Shown: positions 39,270 to 51,818 of the stretch, in pieces
Numbering within the stretch: position 1 is the first letter of the stretch
How the letters are laid out: each line of letters starts with the position of its first letter
From: Podarcis melisellensis
Lineage: Eukaryota
Strand: one strand, 5' to 3'
Assembly: GCA_964234715.1 (NCBI GenBank)
Contig: OZ174282.1
Length of the DNA: 64,000 nucleotides
Made by a program: the position numbers and the translations under genes
The notes under the pieces: model-generated
Seen by the model: the letters and a program-made list of their open reading frames with translations, nothing else
Databases searched by the model: none
Told to the model about the DNA's origin: nothing

Positions 39270-39428
39270 GTGTTTATCGGCGTGAACTGCTTGAGCACAG
39301 ATTTCTCCTCCCAGAAAGGCGTCAAGGGAGTCCCTTTGAACCTCCAGATAGACACTTATGACTACAGTACTGGGACAAACCGGCTTATTCACCGAGCTGT
39401 CTGCCAGATCAAAATATTCTGTGATAAG
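39270..39428 (+). CDS. GRHL3: GRHL3 exon 9 ([20 protein letters not shown]...QIKIFCDK)
   Basis: ttcctgcag|GTG ... GAT AAG|gtagag; 159 nt; hallmark [14 protein letters not shown] motif. Confidence 0.97.
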
Positions 39429-39552
39429 GTAGAGTGAAGCCTTTGGGAAAGAGGTCATGATGCAAAGGACTTCCAAAAGACGTGTGTCTGAGTGATGAGA
39501 ATAAGGGGTCAGAGAGTCAATGCGGTGTGGTGGTAAGAGCATTAAACTAGGG

Positions 39553-39689
39553 CAGGCATCGCCAAACTCAGCCCTCCAGATATTTTGGGACTACAATTCC
39601 CATCATCCCTGACCACTGGTCCTGTTAACCAGGGATGATGGGAGTTGTAGTCCCAAAAGTTTCTGGAGGGCCAAGTTTGGGGATGCCTG
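39553..39689. mobile_element. Palindromic hAT MITE (gactacaactcccatc family)
   Basis: TIRs caggcatcgccaaact / agtttggggatgcctg; perfect 8-bp TSD AACTAGGG; older copies near 2590, 3540, 15450, 17140, 17670, 25650, 34420, 45220, 46130. Confidence 0.9.
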
Positions 39690-39846
39690 AACTAGGGCTT
39701 GGGAGACCCAGGTTCAAATTTCCTCACACTGGATAGCCTTTTGCCAGTCACTTTCTCTCAGAGCTTTTGTGAGGCTCAAACAGGAAGGCGATAGCCTTGT
39801 ATGCCATCTTGAACTCCCTGTGATTGAGGCAGGGTATAAATGTAAG

Positions 39847-39986
39847 CAGTGCTTTTTTTCTGGGAGGACGCAGGGGTACCCCTAAACATTTTGTGAATCT
39901 AAGTTTGGCCTCATTGAGGGGCAGTATTTCAACAAGAGTAGGAAAATGAGAGTACCCTTAAACCTTTTTTTAGAAAAAAAGCACTG
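39847..39986. mobile_element. hAT MITE
   Basis: TIRs cagtgctttttttct / agaaaaaaagcactg; perfect 8-bp TSD AATGTAAG. Confidence 0.9.
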
Positions 39987-41493
39987 AATGTAAGAAAGAA
40001 AGAAATAAGCTTCTTAAACAAAGACATGGCCTTTTAAGAGCAGCTTTGCAAGAGCTGAACTGCTAGCTGAAGAACTTGGCTCTGATGAAAGCTTTTAAAC
40101 GTGAATAACGTAAACTGTGCAAGAGTTCACCTGTAAATCGGTCAAGACTGGAATTCACTGGTGAGCCTCCAGTTTTTAAATGCTAGGAGGCAACATATAA
40201 TAAAAATGTTCTAGGAGCTTAATCTGATTCAGTACTAGCCCAGAGGTGGCATTCCACGTTCTGGATCCTTTCACTGAGGGCCAAACTAGATGTGAGGTTA
40301 GTCGTGTGGGTGCAATTGGGACGAAGGCTTACAAAAGAAGAAGTTAATATCGCCTGCAGGGAGGCCAAGCAGCAGGACTGCAGAAGGTGGGGAGACTCTC
40401 GACACTTACCGTGCTGCTGTGATTCTGGCAATAATAACTCTTCTGAAGCTGCTACATCACAAGGGAAGCCTCCATTCTGCAAACATTCTTTTAAATGTGC
40501 ATGTTAATTGCATGCACACACATATGTGCTACACATGTTCATACTGTTAACATCACATCTAGACTGGCCGTCAGACCAGTTCAGCTAGATTCTTTCCTCA
40601 CTAGTCGAGCTTTCCAAAATTTGAGGTGAGAAATATGTGCAGGCCTGCATTCTGCATTTTTGGCCCCAGTTATAGGCTGGGACCCAAACAAGTACTTTGG
40701 GTTTCTCAAAGGCTTTTTATTTTTTTGAACAGCAATTTGACATACACAACCCTGACCTCTTCCAAAAGTCCTTTCATTTAAAAAAATGGCTTGCCATGTG
40801 GGATGAAGGGACTGCCGCTTGAGAACTACGACCCCAAAGACTCCCTGGGAACACATATCTGCCTGTGGAATTACAGCATCTCCTATAATTTTACCTTCCC
40901 CTGTTTGAAACGGCTTCATGGATTACAATCTTCTTTCTCTTTGGAGATAATGGTTGACCGTGTCTCTCTCCAAACTCCAAAATGCCTGTTAATTGCCGTC
41001 ACAAGATTAATGCCACATCTAGTTTGCCCCTAAGATAAATGCTTTCGTTTAAATGGAAGGCTTATATTTGAAATGGAAAGAGTGCTCTGTCTACTCTTGC
41101 TTATGCAGGCTGCCATGGACATATATTACGCACACATATTCCAGCATTGCTCTCCCCGCCCCGCTCCAGCTCAGGGTAACTGAGAAATGGAACCAAGGAT
41201 GCCCAGAGAAGGGGCTTCTTTGGTTATCTGAAAGCATCCTGTTGTGTTCTGCGGCACACAGTCAATGGGCTGCAATTTGGAACACAATGTTTGGAGCAGG
41301 GGTGGGGAAGGTGGAGAAACCTGGCTTCTCTCCTTAGCCGTAAATCACTAGGGGCAGGCAGGTATAATCTAGGGAGGACAGATGCAAAAGAGGGCAGGGC
41401 CCCTGCACCTTTAATACCTACATCTGCTGAAATCACCTGGATTTTTAAATAGTTGCTTTAAGCTGTCCTCTTTTTGCATCTGGCTATCCTAGG

Positions 41494-42131
41494 CAGGGTG
41501 GATTTGATTTAAATCAAATTGATTTAAATCACTAGTCAGTAAGACTTGATTTAAATCTCTATTTTTTATAGAAAGACTCATTCTTGCTGGTATAATCTTA
41601 ATATTCACAACCAGGTGAAGGTTTCATTTTTTGGAATAATAAATTTTCAGAGTAGTTTTTACAGTTATAACAAAAATTTCTGATTTGGTTATACTATTAG
41701 AAATACATAGAGAGGTAATTATGAACTTATTGTAAGGTTTAATAAGTTAATTGTTTATATTTGGACAACTTTTCTGCTGTACTTTAATGGAAGGAGAAAA
41801 ATAATAATTTCCTTAATAACAATTTAAACAATTTATTTAGCTGAAACTGTAACATTATAGCATATGTATCCATGTTTGTTAACTGGTGTGGTTAAACAAT
41901 TAAAAACAACAACAACTTTAGACAACAACAACTTAAAACAAATCCTTCTTTCCTGATGAATACCCTTTGGACTATAGTGTAACTTAAACAGAAAACTATA
42001 TTCAGAAAGATTTTTCCTCCAAAAGCATTTTATTTTAAAAATCCGATTTAAATTTAAAAAAATCTGATTTAATTTTTTTAAAATCTGATTATTATTATTT
42101 TTAAAAACCACATTGATTTTTATCCACCCTG
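41494..42131. mobile_element. AT-rich non-autonomous hAT transposon (638 bp)
   Basis: TIRs cagggtggat / atccaccctg; subterminal gatttaaatc repeats; perfect 8-bp TSD ATCCTAGG. Confidence 0.9.
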
Positions 42132-42981
42132 ATCCTAGGTAACTCTCTGAGACGAAGGTGTTCCTTTTTGAGTGTACCCATTTACCCACAGGGGGTGCTC
42201 CCTTTTGAGACCAGCAGGGCAGAAGATAGGGAGCAGGTAGAGGCAGAGCCAACTACTTCTGGTTTTGTCCCTGTGCTTTTCCTGAGACTAAGGAGGAAGA
42301 AGCAGTACTATCACTTAGATTGGTTGCAAGAAGGCGGGCAGGTGCAGGCAGACTGTGTTTGGTGGGGCAATGCTTCGGTTCCCCTAACAGAGCCTCCTCG
42401 GCTGCCATTTTCACTGGAAGCAACGCCTGCCTCTCCCCCTGAAACTAGGCAGCGTTGCCTTAGCAAACAAGGATCTCACCTGGAGGTGCAGTGTGTCTGG
42501 TGCACAGGCTCCTGACCAGAGCCATAGCTAGGTGATCTTGCGCCCCTGGCAGAACCGCCCCGATTGCACCCCCTAGCCATGAACAAATTAGCTCTTCTTT
42601 CCGCCTCTCCTCCAGCCAGTTTTGTGCCCCCTCGCTGCGTCCCTGCTCCTGAGATGGCGCAATCTCCTCCCAGGTGACAGTATTATTAATACCACGAATG
42701 CTCAGGAGGCATGTGTTTCACAGCAACATACAGGCAACCACCATTTTAGACGCATCAGATATGTGCGCGGCCGTGCGTGCATTGCACCAAATCCAGACGT
42801 GACCTAAAACCATCACAAAAGCGTCACTGAAAAGGGTGTTTGCAGGCTTTCTCAAGGTGTTTCAAATAGATGCGATGTCACTTAAACGTGTGGCGCCTTG
42901 GAACGTAAGCCGTGTTGTAAATTGGGAGTTGCCTGTGCTGGTAAGTTTTCGGCTTCTCATCTCTTTCAACTTCCCTTGCAG

Positions 42982-43060
42982 GGAGCAGAGAGGAAAATGC
43001 GGGACGATGAACGCAAGCAGTTCAGGAGGAAGGGAAAATGTCTGGACGCCAATAACAATG
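42982..43060 (+). CDS. GRHL3: GRHL3 exon 10 ([26 protein letters not shown])
   Basis: cccttgcag|GGA ... AAT G|gtgagt; 79 nt. Confidence 0.96.
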
Positions 43061-45520
43061 GTGAGTGAGTGGAAAGGGGCGAGGAAGCTGGTGTGGGCCC
43101 TGTATATATAAACGCTGCCTTCAGGGGAGGGTGTGTGAGGTCATGTGCTGCCGGCAGAGTGCGCTTCGAATGCATGGTGCGCAGGATGGCCCGGGGAGTG
43201 AGATGCCTGGTGATTAGGACCCTCAGCTGCAGATAACCCGCTTCCCTCTGCTTGCCAGAGAGGCCTCTGCCGCAATAGTCCCTTGCCTTGGGGGGTTGCA
43301 AAGAGGAAGAAGGCAAGGGCAATCTAGCCTTAGTCCCTGACCGGAGAAGGATCAAGGGCTGCAGGGAAATTGCTCTGTCTTCATCCCAGCAAAGAGCAGC
43401 TGGCGGGGTCAGCTCAGCCTGGCCCTAACTGGATTTCAAGGGTTGTTTCTACAAACGCACCTCTTTCGTTTTTATTTATTTATTTACTCATGGGATCGAT
43501 ATGCCCTGACACGTGTCCTCTGGGAAGCTTACAAAACAGTTCCACGTTCAAAACAGAATTAATAGCATGTCAAATAAAAACAGCAATAAAAACTACAGAA
43601 AGGTGGAAGAAGAGCAAACGAGTGTGGCAAGATAAAAATAGCAGCTAAAACCAGTGATTGAGATCCTTAAAATACGACTAAAAGCTCCCGGCGGACTTTG
43701 CCTGGCGCCTAAAAATTAGCAACGAACGTGCCTGATGAACATGCCTCAAGTTGAGAGTTTTGCAATTTGGGCACCGCTGGAGAGAGGCTGTGGCTCAGTC
43801 GGAGAACATCTGCATTGCACGTAGAAGGACACAGATTTGATCCCTGTCATCCCAAAGTAGGGTTGGGGAAGACCCCTCCCTTGAAACCTGGATAGCCACT
43901 GGCAGTAGGTGTCAATAGTATGCAGCCTAGGACTGTGTCTGATCCACTGGCTCAACTATGATGAGCCATTGGTCAGACACAGTCAGAGGCTGCATTCATA
44001 CATTTAATGTGCATTTTAAGTCCTTGGCTTCCTCCAGAGAATCTTGGGAACTGCAGTTTACTGCTGAGAGAGCTACACTTCTAGCACCCTTCACAAACTT
44101 CAATTCCCATGATTCCTTTTTTTTGGGGGGGTATTTTGAATGTTATTCAGATGTGCTGTGTGTATGGAGCCAAAGGCAGCTTCCAAAAGTGGGGGGCCAA
44201 TGAGAAGAAGATCTCAGTTGAATGAGATATCTCTTCATTTTGGCACTGTCAAGCTGATCCCTATCCTCTGGCTTCCACTCTCCCCCTCCACTCCCTTTCT
44301 CTTATAAGTCTAGTCTCTGAGATTGTAAGCTCGAAGGCAGGGCAGGTGTCTTCATTTTGATTTGTGTGTGGCACCTAATTACTGTAGGCGCTCTAGAGGT
44401 TATTATCATTAATAATAAGGTGAGACAGAAACTCTTATGCTCTATTCTGGACTTTTTAATGTTCTTCAGACACATCTAATCATTCTTGTCTGAAAATTAG
44501 ATCGTGAAAATTACAGAAACTTGCTTTCCAGAAACAGTGTCCAGGCCACCTCTCAGTTAAATAGTTCCCCAAAGGCTTTTTCTATTATTATTTCAGAAAG
44601 CTCAGTGTGTGTGTGTGTGTGCTGATTGATCAGATTGTGTTAGTGTTGCATGAAGTCTGAAACTTCTACTTTGGGTCTTTGTTTTGGCTTTGTTTTTTGT
44701 CTGTTTCTATTGTTTTTTCCATTTGAATTCCCTCCCCCCTCCAACCTCATTGGTTTTTAAAAAACAATTCTCAGCCACCTTGTGGGATGTTTTTTGGGCA
44801 GAGAGTAAGGGTTGGTCAATGAGTCAATTTGGGTTTCTTTCAGCTTCTCATTTTTCTATTCTTAACTCCAGTTCTCTACCTTTCCACATCATTTTTTTCA
44901 AGGCCTCCTGAAAATTCGCTGGCAAATTTCTCTGAATATGTGGATTTTTTGCAAAGCAATATTCCCTAGCATAATTCTTTCTTGTATGTTGTCTTCACCA
45001 ATATTACACATTTTTATACAAACTTCACCCCAATTATATGCATTTCTGTGCACATTAGTTTACTATAGAGAGAACTGCATTGCAAAATTCGGATAAGTGC
45101 AGATTTTGAAGGATGAGGATGCTGCAGTTTGAGTATTTCCTTCGCTACTTAGCTGCTTTTAACCAAAGGGAAAGACATTGGGAGGGTGCTCATAGGTCCC
45201 CTCTGTCTTGCCCAGTCTTCCTCAACCATGTGCCTTCCAGACATTTTGGGCGGGGCTGACTAGTGTGTGTTCCAAAGCATCTGGAAGGCAAAAGATTGGG
45301 GAAGGCTGATCTTGTCCTAATCTTGCAAACATGAGACATTCATTACTTAGAATCATAGAACTGTAGAGTTGGAGGGACCCTGAGGGTCATCAAGTCATGC
45401 AATGCAGGGATCTCAGCTAAAGCACCCATGGCTTGGATGAGTCTCTGCCACTCCCCTCCTTGATGAGTCTCTATAGCAACAAACATGGTGGAAAACGTAA
45501 GTTTCTCTTCTTCTTTCCAG

Positions 45521-45654
45521 GTCTGAAAAGCTGTTTGGTTTCGGGCTTCCGAGGCAACGAAATCACGTATCTCAAGCCACAGGCTGACTTGGAAACCCAG
45601 CCCGTCCTGTTTATTCCAAACGTCCACTTTTCAAACCTCCAGAGATGTGGAACG
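45521..45654 (+). CDS. GRHL3: GRHL3 exon 11 ([14 protein letters not shown]...[18 protein letters not shown])
   Basis: ttctttccag|GT CTG ... GGA ACG|gtaagt; 134 nt. Confidence 0.96.
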
Positions 45655-46753
45655 GTAAGTCCCCCTTACCATAACCAGCCCATCCATGAAACACCAAGGA
45701 GAAGTGGCTGTGGCACTCTGGGTTCTGGAGAAATCTTATGAGAGCCATGTGAGGCCTCCACGTGATCTCATGGGGCTCTCACGTGATCTTGAGCTGTTAT
45801 TACACAATTGTGCTGGAACCAGGAAGTCACAGCCATGTGACCCTGGTAAGCAGGACCAGCACATGGGCAGGGCAGCACCCTCCTGTTTCACCTCAGGCAG
45901 CAAAATGGGACAGGCTGCCCCTGCCCCTTACAGCTCCAGCTGCATGTTGCCTTCAAATACCTCTTAAGGCAGTGAAACATCCTGCTGCTACAGGAATGGA
46001 AGGAAGTCACCATTAACGATGCCATTATCTTAATTTATTTTAGGCATCGAGACTCAATTTTGGTTTATTTCAAAGGAACCTTTCAACTGCAAGAGTAGGG
46101 ATTTTGGGAGAAGAGGCATGCTGTTTAAATTGGGGACGGGGAACCTGCGACCCTTCAAATGTTGTTGGATTCCAGCTCCGATCATCCCTGGCCATTGGCC
46201 AATGTTGGCTGGGGCTGATGGGAGTTGGAGTCCCACAACATCTGGAAGGCCACAGATTCCCAGCCTTGGTTTAAACGCTGCACTGTAAATTTTGTGTGAA
46301 TCAAAAAAGAGATACGGGAGTGCAAAGCATAGCATCAAGAAAGTGACTGATTAGGGGCAGTTCTACCCCCCCCCCCACCCAGACTTCTGTTCTTTTTTAA
46401 AAGAAGAAGTATTTCCCCTTTCCCTGGAAACCCTGGGAAGTTAATTGTGTAATAGAGCTCCATGACAGAACTTGTCATGTCCTGAAAATGCAATTCCCAG
46501 CATTCTGTGGGGAAAGCCATAAATGATAAACTGGTTTAAAACGAAACCTAAGTTTGTAGTGTAGATATCCACTCACTGTCTGTCTAGGGATACCTAGCAA
46601 GGAAAGTACAGGCTTTGAGAAGGAATTTAAAAGCCAAAATGGATTCATATAAAGATGTGAGGAGATTAGAGAGCAGGAGTGGAGAGTGTCTGGCCACAGA
46701 AGCACAATTTAAGCAGGGGAGGGAGAGGATTGAAAGGTCTACTCTCTCATATA

Positions 46754-46872
46754 GGCTGGTATTCAATGCTAGTCCTACTCAGAGTAGACCCACTGAAGTT
46801 AATAGATGGGACTAACTTAGATTCATTACTTTCAGGGGATCTACTCTGAGTAGGACTTGGGTGAATACAACC
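46754..46872. mobile_element. Palindromic element (family C: agtcctactcagagtaga...tctactctgagtaggact)
   Basis: About 48-bp imperfect inverted arms; copies at about 1530-1630, 26026-26815 (split), 47435-47538. Confidence 0.75.
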
Positions 46873-46988
46873 CACAGAGTCTAAAGAAGATTTCCTTCTG
46901 AGAGGCCACAATGCTTTTGCCCCAAAAAGTTTGGGGCATTTTTAATCTCAAAGGACTAAAGCATCTCTCTTTTCTTTTTTTCCAACAG

Positions 46989-47026
46989 GCATTACCCACC
47001 GCTGGTGTTCCACATGACTCTAGCAG
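46989..47026 (+). CDS. GRHL3: GRHL3 exon 12 (ALPTAGVPHDSSR), small poorly conserved exon
   Basis: tttttttccaacag|GCA ... AGC AG|gtacaa; 38 nt; supplies the phase 0 to 2 shift required between exons 11 and 13. Confidence 0.87.
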
Positions 47027-47434
47027 GTACAAAATATGCATTCATTCCCCCCCCCCCCTTGGCTCACATGTCCGAGATATTCTTGCATAATTAGGCAGCC
47101 CATTGGCCCTGTTCCCACTTCCCATTTTGATTTTGTTTCTGTCCCATCTTTCTCTGGGAGTCTTGTCAAGGCCACATAAATAGGCCTCTGATCCAGGCAC
47201 TGACCAAACCCAGACCCAATTAACCGCAGGAAGTTTGCTGTATCAGGTGCCTTCAGCCCTGCAAAGTTGATGTCTACCAGATCTTGAGGTCCCTAATGGA
47301 ATAAATGCAGGATATATAAAAGTGGTGAAATATAATGTTGGTAGGACATTATCTGGAGTGAGAATCCCATTGAAACCAAATGAACAGGAGCTATGCTGAA
47401 GTGCTGTGAGACTGAGGGCAAGGATATATATGCT

Positions 47435-47538
47435 GGGTTGTGTCCAAAGAAGTTGTACTCAAAGTAGACCCATTGAAATAGATGAACCTAAGTTGGTCAT
47501 GTTAATTAACTTCAGTAGGTCTACTCTGAGCAGGACTT
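47435..47538. mobile_element. Palindromic element (family C)
   Basis: tactcaaagtagacccattgaa ... ttcagtaggtctactctgagcaggactt. Confidence 0.7.
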
Positions 47539-47860
47539 GTACCATGAACTTTGCCACAACCTAGCCTTCCACAAGGAAATGGTTGGAGATGCAGGAAGAA
47601 TGCTCAGCATCATTGGTGTCCTTACCTGTTGGGCAATGTGAGGAATTGGATTTGGAGTGGCAGAGAAGGAGACCAGAGGGACCCTCTCCATGGGGCACAA
47701 TCCACTAGGACATTTTCTGCATTGGCCCTGTGGAAATGAAGGAAAGCTGTGTTTTTGTTTTTGTTCTTTAACAATGCATCAGTACTGACATTTGAACCAC
47801 TTGTTTCTGAATCTTGGTGCCCATCCTGGAATCTTCTGAACTTTCATTTTCCTCACTAAG

Positions 47861-47949
47861 GTTGCCGTTAAAGAGGAGCTGCCCTTCATTTCCTGATGAA
47901 TTTGACCCTTTAGCTTCAAAGCAAGCCAAAGAGGAAGACCCTCAACGAG
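47861..47949 (+). CDS. GRHL3: GRHL3 exon 13 ([29 protein letters not shown])
   Basis: cctcactaag|G TTG ... CGA G|gtaata; 89 nt. Confidence 0.95.
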
Positions 47950-48258
47950 GTAATATTGCTATCGGAGATTACGCACACACATACCCCCACCCCAACACCA
48001 AGCTATAGACAAAGAAACGACAACCTCAGGTGGAACAGATGAGGAAAGAGCCTTGTGGGCTTACAAAATGTGGGCTTACAAAATGTGCCCATGAAAAATG
48101 GCACTGAAGGCAAGGCCCAGACAGGAGATCTCACCTTGAGGATCTTATCACGGGGCAACTTGGTGGGGTGAAGGACAACTAACTGGCACTTCCAAAGTCT
48201 CAGCAGACTGAGAAGAGGAGCTCTATTTTTAATATAGCTGTACACACATTGCCATTTA

Positions 48259-48591
48259 CCGTATTTTTCCATGTATAACGTGCCCCCATGTATAAGACGA
48301 CCCCTATTCTGGGGGACTCCAAATTAAGGAAATGAGGGGGCGATTGCCCACAGTTGTTGAGCTTTTTTTGAGGGGTTGCCAAAAAACGCTCGCCAAAACC
48401 ACCAAGCAGCCGCCAATCACCCGTCCAATTGCCATAGCAGCAGCCAATCGCCAGCAGGCATTGCCTCACCCACCAATCACCCGCCTAATCGCCACTGACA
48501 ATCTCCTGCTCGTGGCTGCAACCAATCGCCCGTCCCCCATCTGCACTATCTGTGTATGGAGAAACATTGTCTAATACATGGAAAAATGCGG
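48259..48591. mobile_element. Tc1/mariner (Tc2/pogo-type) non-autonomous element
   Basis: ta|ccgtatttttccatgtat ... atacatggaaaaatgcgg|ta; TA TSD. Confidence 0.85.
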
Positions 48592-49124
48592 TACTCTGAC
48601 TCCAGCGTGCTCCCAACACTGGTGTTTGAAGCCGAGTACACATGACATTACCCACAATCCATATCTATCCTGTAGTTTCTTGAGAAATACTGCTGCTTGA
48701 TGCGATTTCCCTCAAACCAGCTTCTATCCAGTTTGAAAGCCTAAGCTGCATTAACTGAGGTGTGTGCATTTGAGACAGCTGTTGTACCTGTGCAGATGAC
48801 AACGCATGCACAGATGACAGCTTCACAGAATAGGAGCTGGGGGGGGGAGTTGCAAGTGTGGGGAAACCAATCAGGTAAATGTGCACTGGGTGAAGGCATC
48901 CCCACCGATTCTCTGGTGTGTAAAGCAGCATATAAATGCAACTTAAAAGACAGTGTGCAGAACGGGGAGACAACCTCACTACGTTTTAAGCCAGTAATGT
49001 GTACATAGCCCTAATTTCATAAGAAACGAGAGCATAGATATAAATTGTGGCTAACACTGTGTATACATCGCATCCGAAAACAGTGGCAAGAGTGCACTGG
49101 ATGCAGAGTTAACAGGAGTGTATA

Positions 49125-49366
49125 CAGTAGTACCTCAGGTTAAGCACTTAATTCATTCTGGAGGTCCGTTCTTAACCTGAAACTGTTCTTAACCTGAAGC
49201 ACCACTTTAGCTAATGGGGCCTCCTGCTGCTGCCATGCCACCGGAGTATGATTTCTTTTCTCATCCTGAAGCAAAGTTCTTAACCCAAGGTACTATTTCT
49301 GGGTTAGCGGAGTCTGTAACCTGAAGCCTATGTAACCTGAAGCATATGTAACCCGAGGTACCACTG
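49125..49366. mobile_element. Tc1/mariner-type MITE (family A), 83 nt upstream of exon 14
   Basis: ta|cagtagtacctcaggtta ... taacccgaggtaccactg|ta. Confidence 0.9.
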
Positions 49367-49424
49367 TATGTAGCCTCTGTGTAGTTAGAAATGACCAACT
49401 CTTGAAGGCTGAGCCCACACGTGA

Positions 49425-49688
<264 letters not shown>

Positions 49689-50883
49689 TAAATGGTTCTC
49701 CCCCTTCCCCATTTTCTCGCCTCAACAATCTTGTGAGGTAGGTTAGGCTGAGAGACAGTGACAGGCCCAAGGTCACCCAGCGAGCTTCATGGCTGAGTGG
49801 GGATTCTGAACCTTAGTCTCCTAGACCCTAATCCAGCATTTAAAACCCCTCCACTACATGACATGCAGGGCCTTCTTCTGCAGAATCTCCACTGGAAGAG
49901 CTAAGAGCTACTCTAAGGTCCCAGCAGGCCCAATGAGGCTTGTGCAGAAGATTTTGTGTTGCTCAATATAAGAAAGGCGTAATGAAGCTTTTCTGCCTTG
50001 GTCAGTCAAAGGTCGTGGGCCAGCACTGATGCCAGTAGTGTAGTGCAATCACTTTGGGGTGTTATATTTGAATGCATATTGCATATTGGATTACAATATG
50101 CCTGTTCTGACCTTGACCAGTATGGGGGCTCTTTTATACAACGCAGAAAGTCACAGCCAACTACAGCCCCCTGCCAAGTGCATCTTTTTGTTGATGTTGT
50201 TTTAATGGTGATGACTTTCATATTTCGCACTGTTAAACGCCCCTTCTCCAATCAGTTTCCCAGGTGGAGAAAGTTTTTCTGGTCAGGCTTTTCTCCTCTG
50301 CACCTCACTTCCTTTCCCTTGGGCTGGCTGGAAACTCTCTCTCTCTCCCACCTCCCCCTCCCCGCTTCTCAGTGTTTGCAGAGCACACAATGCGAAGCAT
50401 ATTTCTGTGATGTCTATCAGCACCATTCCTGATAACCCCAGCTCTTCTTTGCTGAGGTGGGGAATAAAGCAAACAATCGTCTGAAATTATCTGATAGCCG
50501 TTTTTTATGGCTGTGCTTGTGTGTGTGTGTGTGTTGGTTTTGCACACTTTTACATTGGAAAAGAGCAAACAGCACTTGGGGGGGGAAATATCAATTTACA
50601 GAACCGCCTTTGGGAAAGCATCAGAAAAGGGATTGCAGGAGAGAGGTTTGGGCTGCTCCCAAATAAATATTTTAATTTTAATCTTATCCTCAGATTTATA
50701 TACTGCTTTGCTACCAAAACTATTGAAACGGTGTACAATAAAATAAAAATGCAAAAGATTACAGGCTCAGTAGGTCAGAGATTCCAGCATTGCCTGCAGT
50801 GGTTCCCTTTACTGCTAGAACATTATCCATTGGGGGGATGCCTCTGGCAACAGTATTTACAGAATATTATTTTTCTCTTCCAG

Positions 50884-50948
50884 ATTTCAGAAAAATACGG
50901 TCTGCCTGAAGAAAGCATCTATAAAGTCTATAAAAAATGCAAGCGAGG
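50884..50948 (+). CDS. GRHL3: GRHL3 exon 15 (ISEKYGLPEESIYKVYKKCKRG)
   Basis: ttctcttccag|ATT ... CGA GG|gtaagt; 65 nt. Confidence 0.96.
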
Positions 50949-51743
50949 GTAAGTGATGGCCCATCCATGTTTACTCTGTGTGGTTTGCTCCACTCTGTGA
51001 CTTTCTGCACTGTAACATAGACAGTGGGTGCTGTACTAGAAAACAGGCAAGACAATTTCAGCATGGGAGTAGTCCTTGAGTATGCAGCCTTTAGAAACCA
51101 ACAGAACTCCTTACCAGCCTTCAGCGCTGTTGTGGTACTGGTTCTGAGGAAGAGTTCTGTGCACCTCCATGAAGAACGTAAGTCCAGCCGTGCTGGATCA
51201 GACTAATGACCTATCTAAATCCAGGACCCAGATTCCCACAGTGGCTAACTCATGCAGGTAACTGCTGTCTCCTGCTGCTGTTCCATGGTAACTAGCATCC
51301 ATCCTCTAGGTATCAAAGAGCCATCATGATGACTATAGCTGTAACTATAGTACAGCAGAGAAATATTATCCAATAAAGGTCAGGGCTGTTTTGAGCATGG
51401 TGGCAGGTGGTGCTTTTGTCCATGACCAAAACCTGATAGATCATCACTGGCCGTTTTTTAGTTGGGGGCGGATGTGCAAGACCCGTCTGTATAGTTGTGT
51501 TCTTTGAATTTCATTGGTTATAGCCACCTGTCAGGAATGCTTCCATTGTGATTCCTGCATTGCAATGGGTTGGGCTGGATGATCCTGGGGGTCACTTCCA
51601 ACTCTACAATTCTATGATTTCTGCATTTGTTTTAATTGATTTTGATGAAAGTCACTTTGGGTCACTTTTGTGAGGAGAGTCATCATTTAGGGAGGGAAGT
51701 AATTTTGGCCCAGATCAGATTGCCTAAAGGAAGGTTGGGGATA

Positions 51744-51760
51744 CATCATCATCATCATCA

Positions 51761-51812
<52 letters not shown>

Positions 51813-51818
51813 CATCAT
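51744..51818. repeat. Compound (CAT)n(TAT)n(CAT)n microsatellite
   Basis: Directly visible. Confidence 0.95.

Noticed and set aside
45490-45520. Donor-like AC|gtaagt just upstream of the exon 11 acceptor
   Set aside because: Would define a 25-nt intron, too short for the spliceosome
50881-50890. Second AG (atttcag) 7 nt into exon 15
   Set aside because: Would frameshift; the upstream AG gives the conserved ISEKYG
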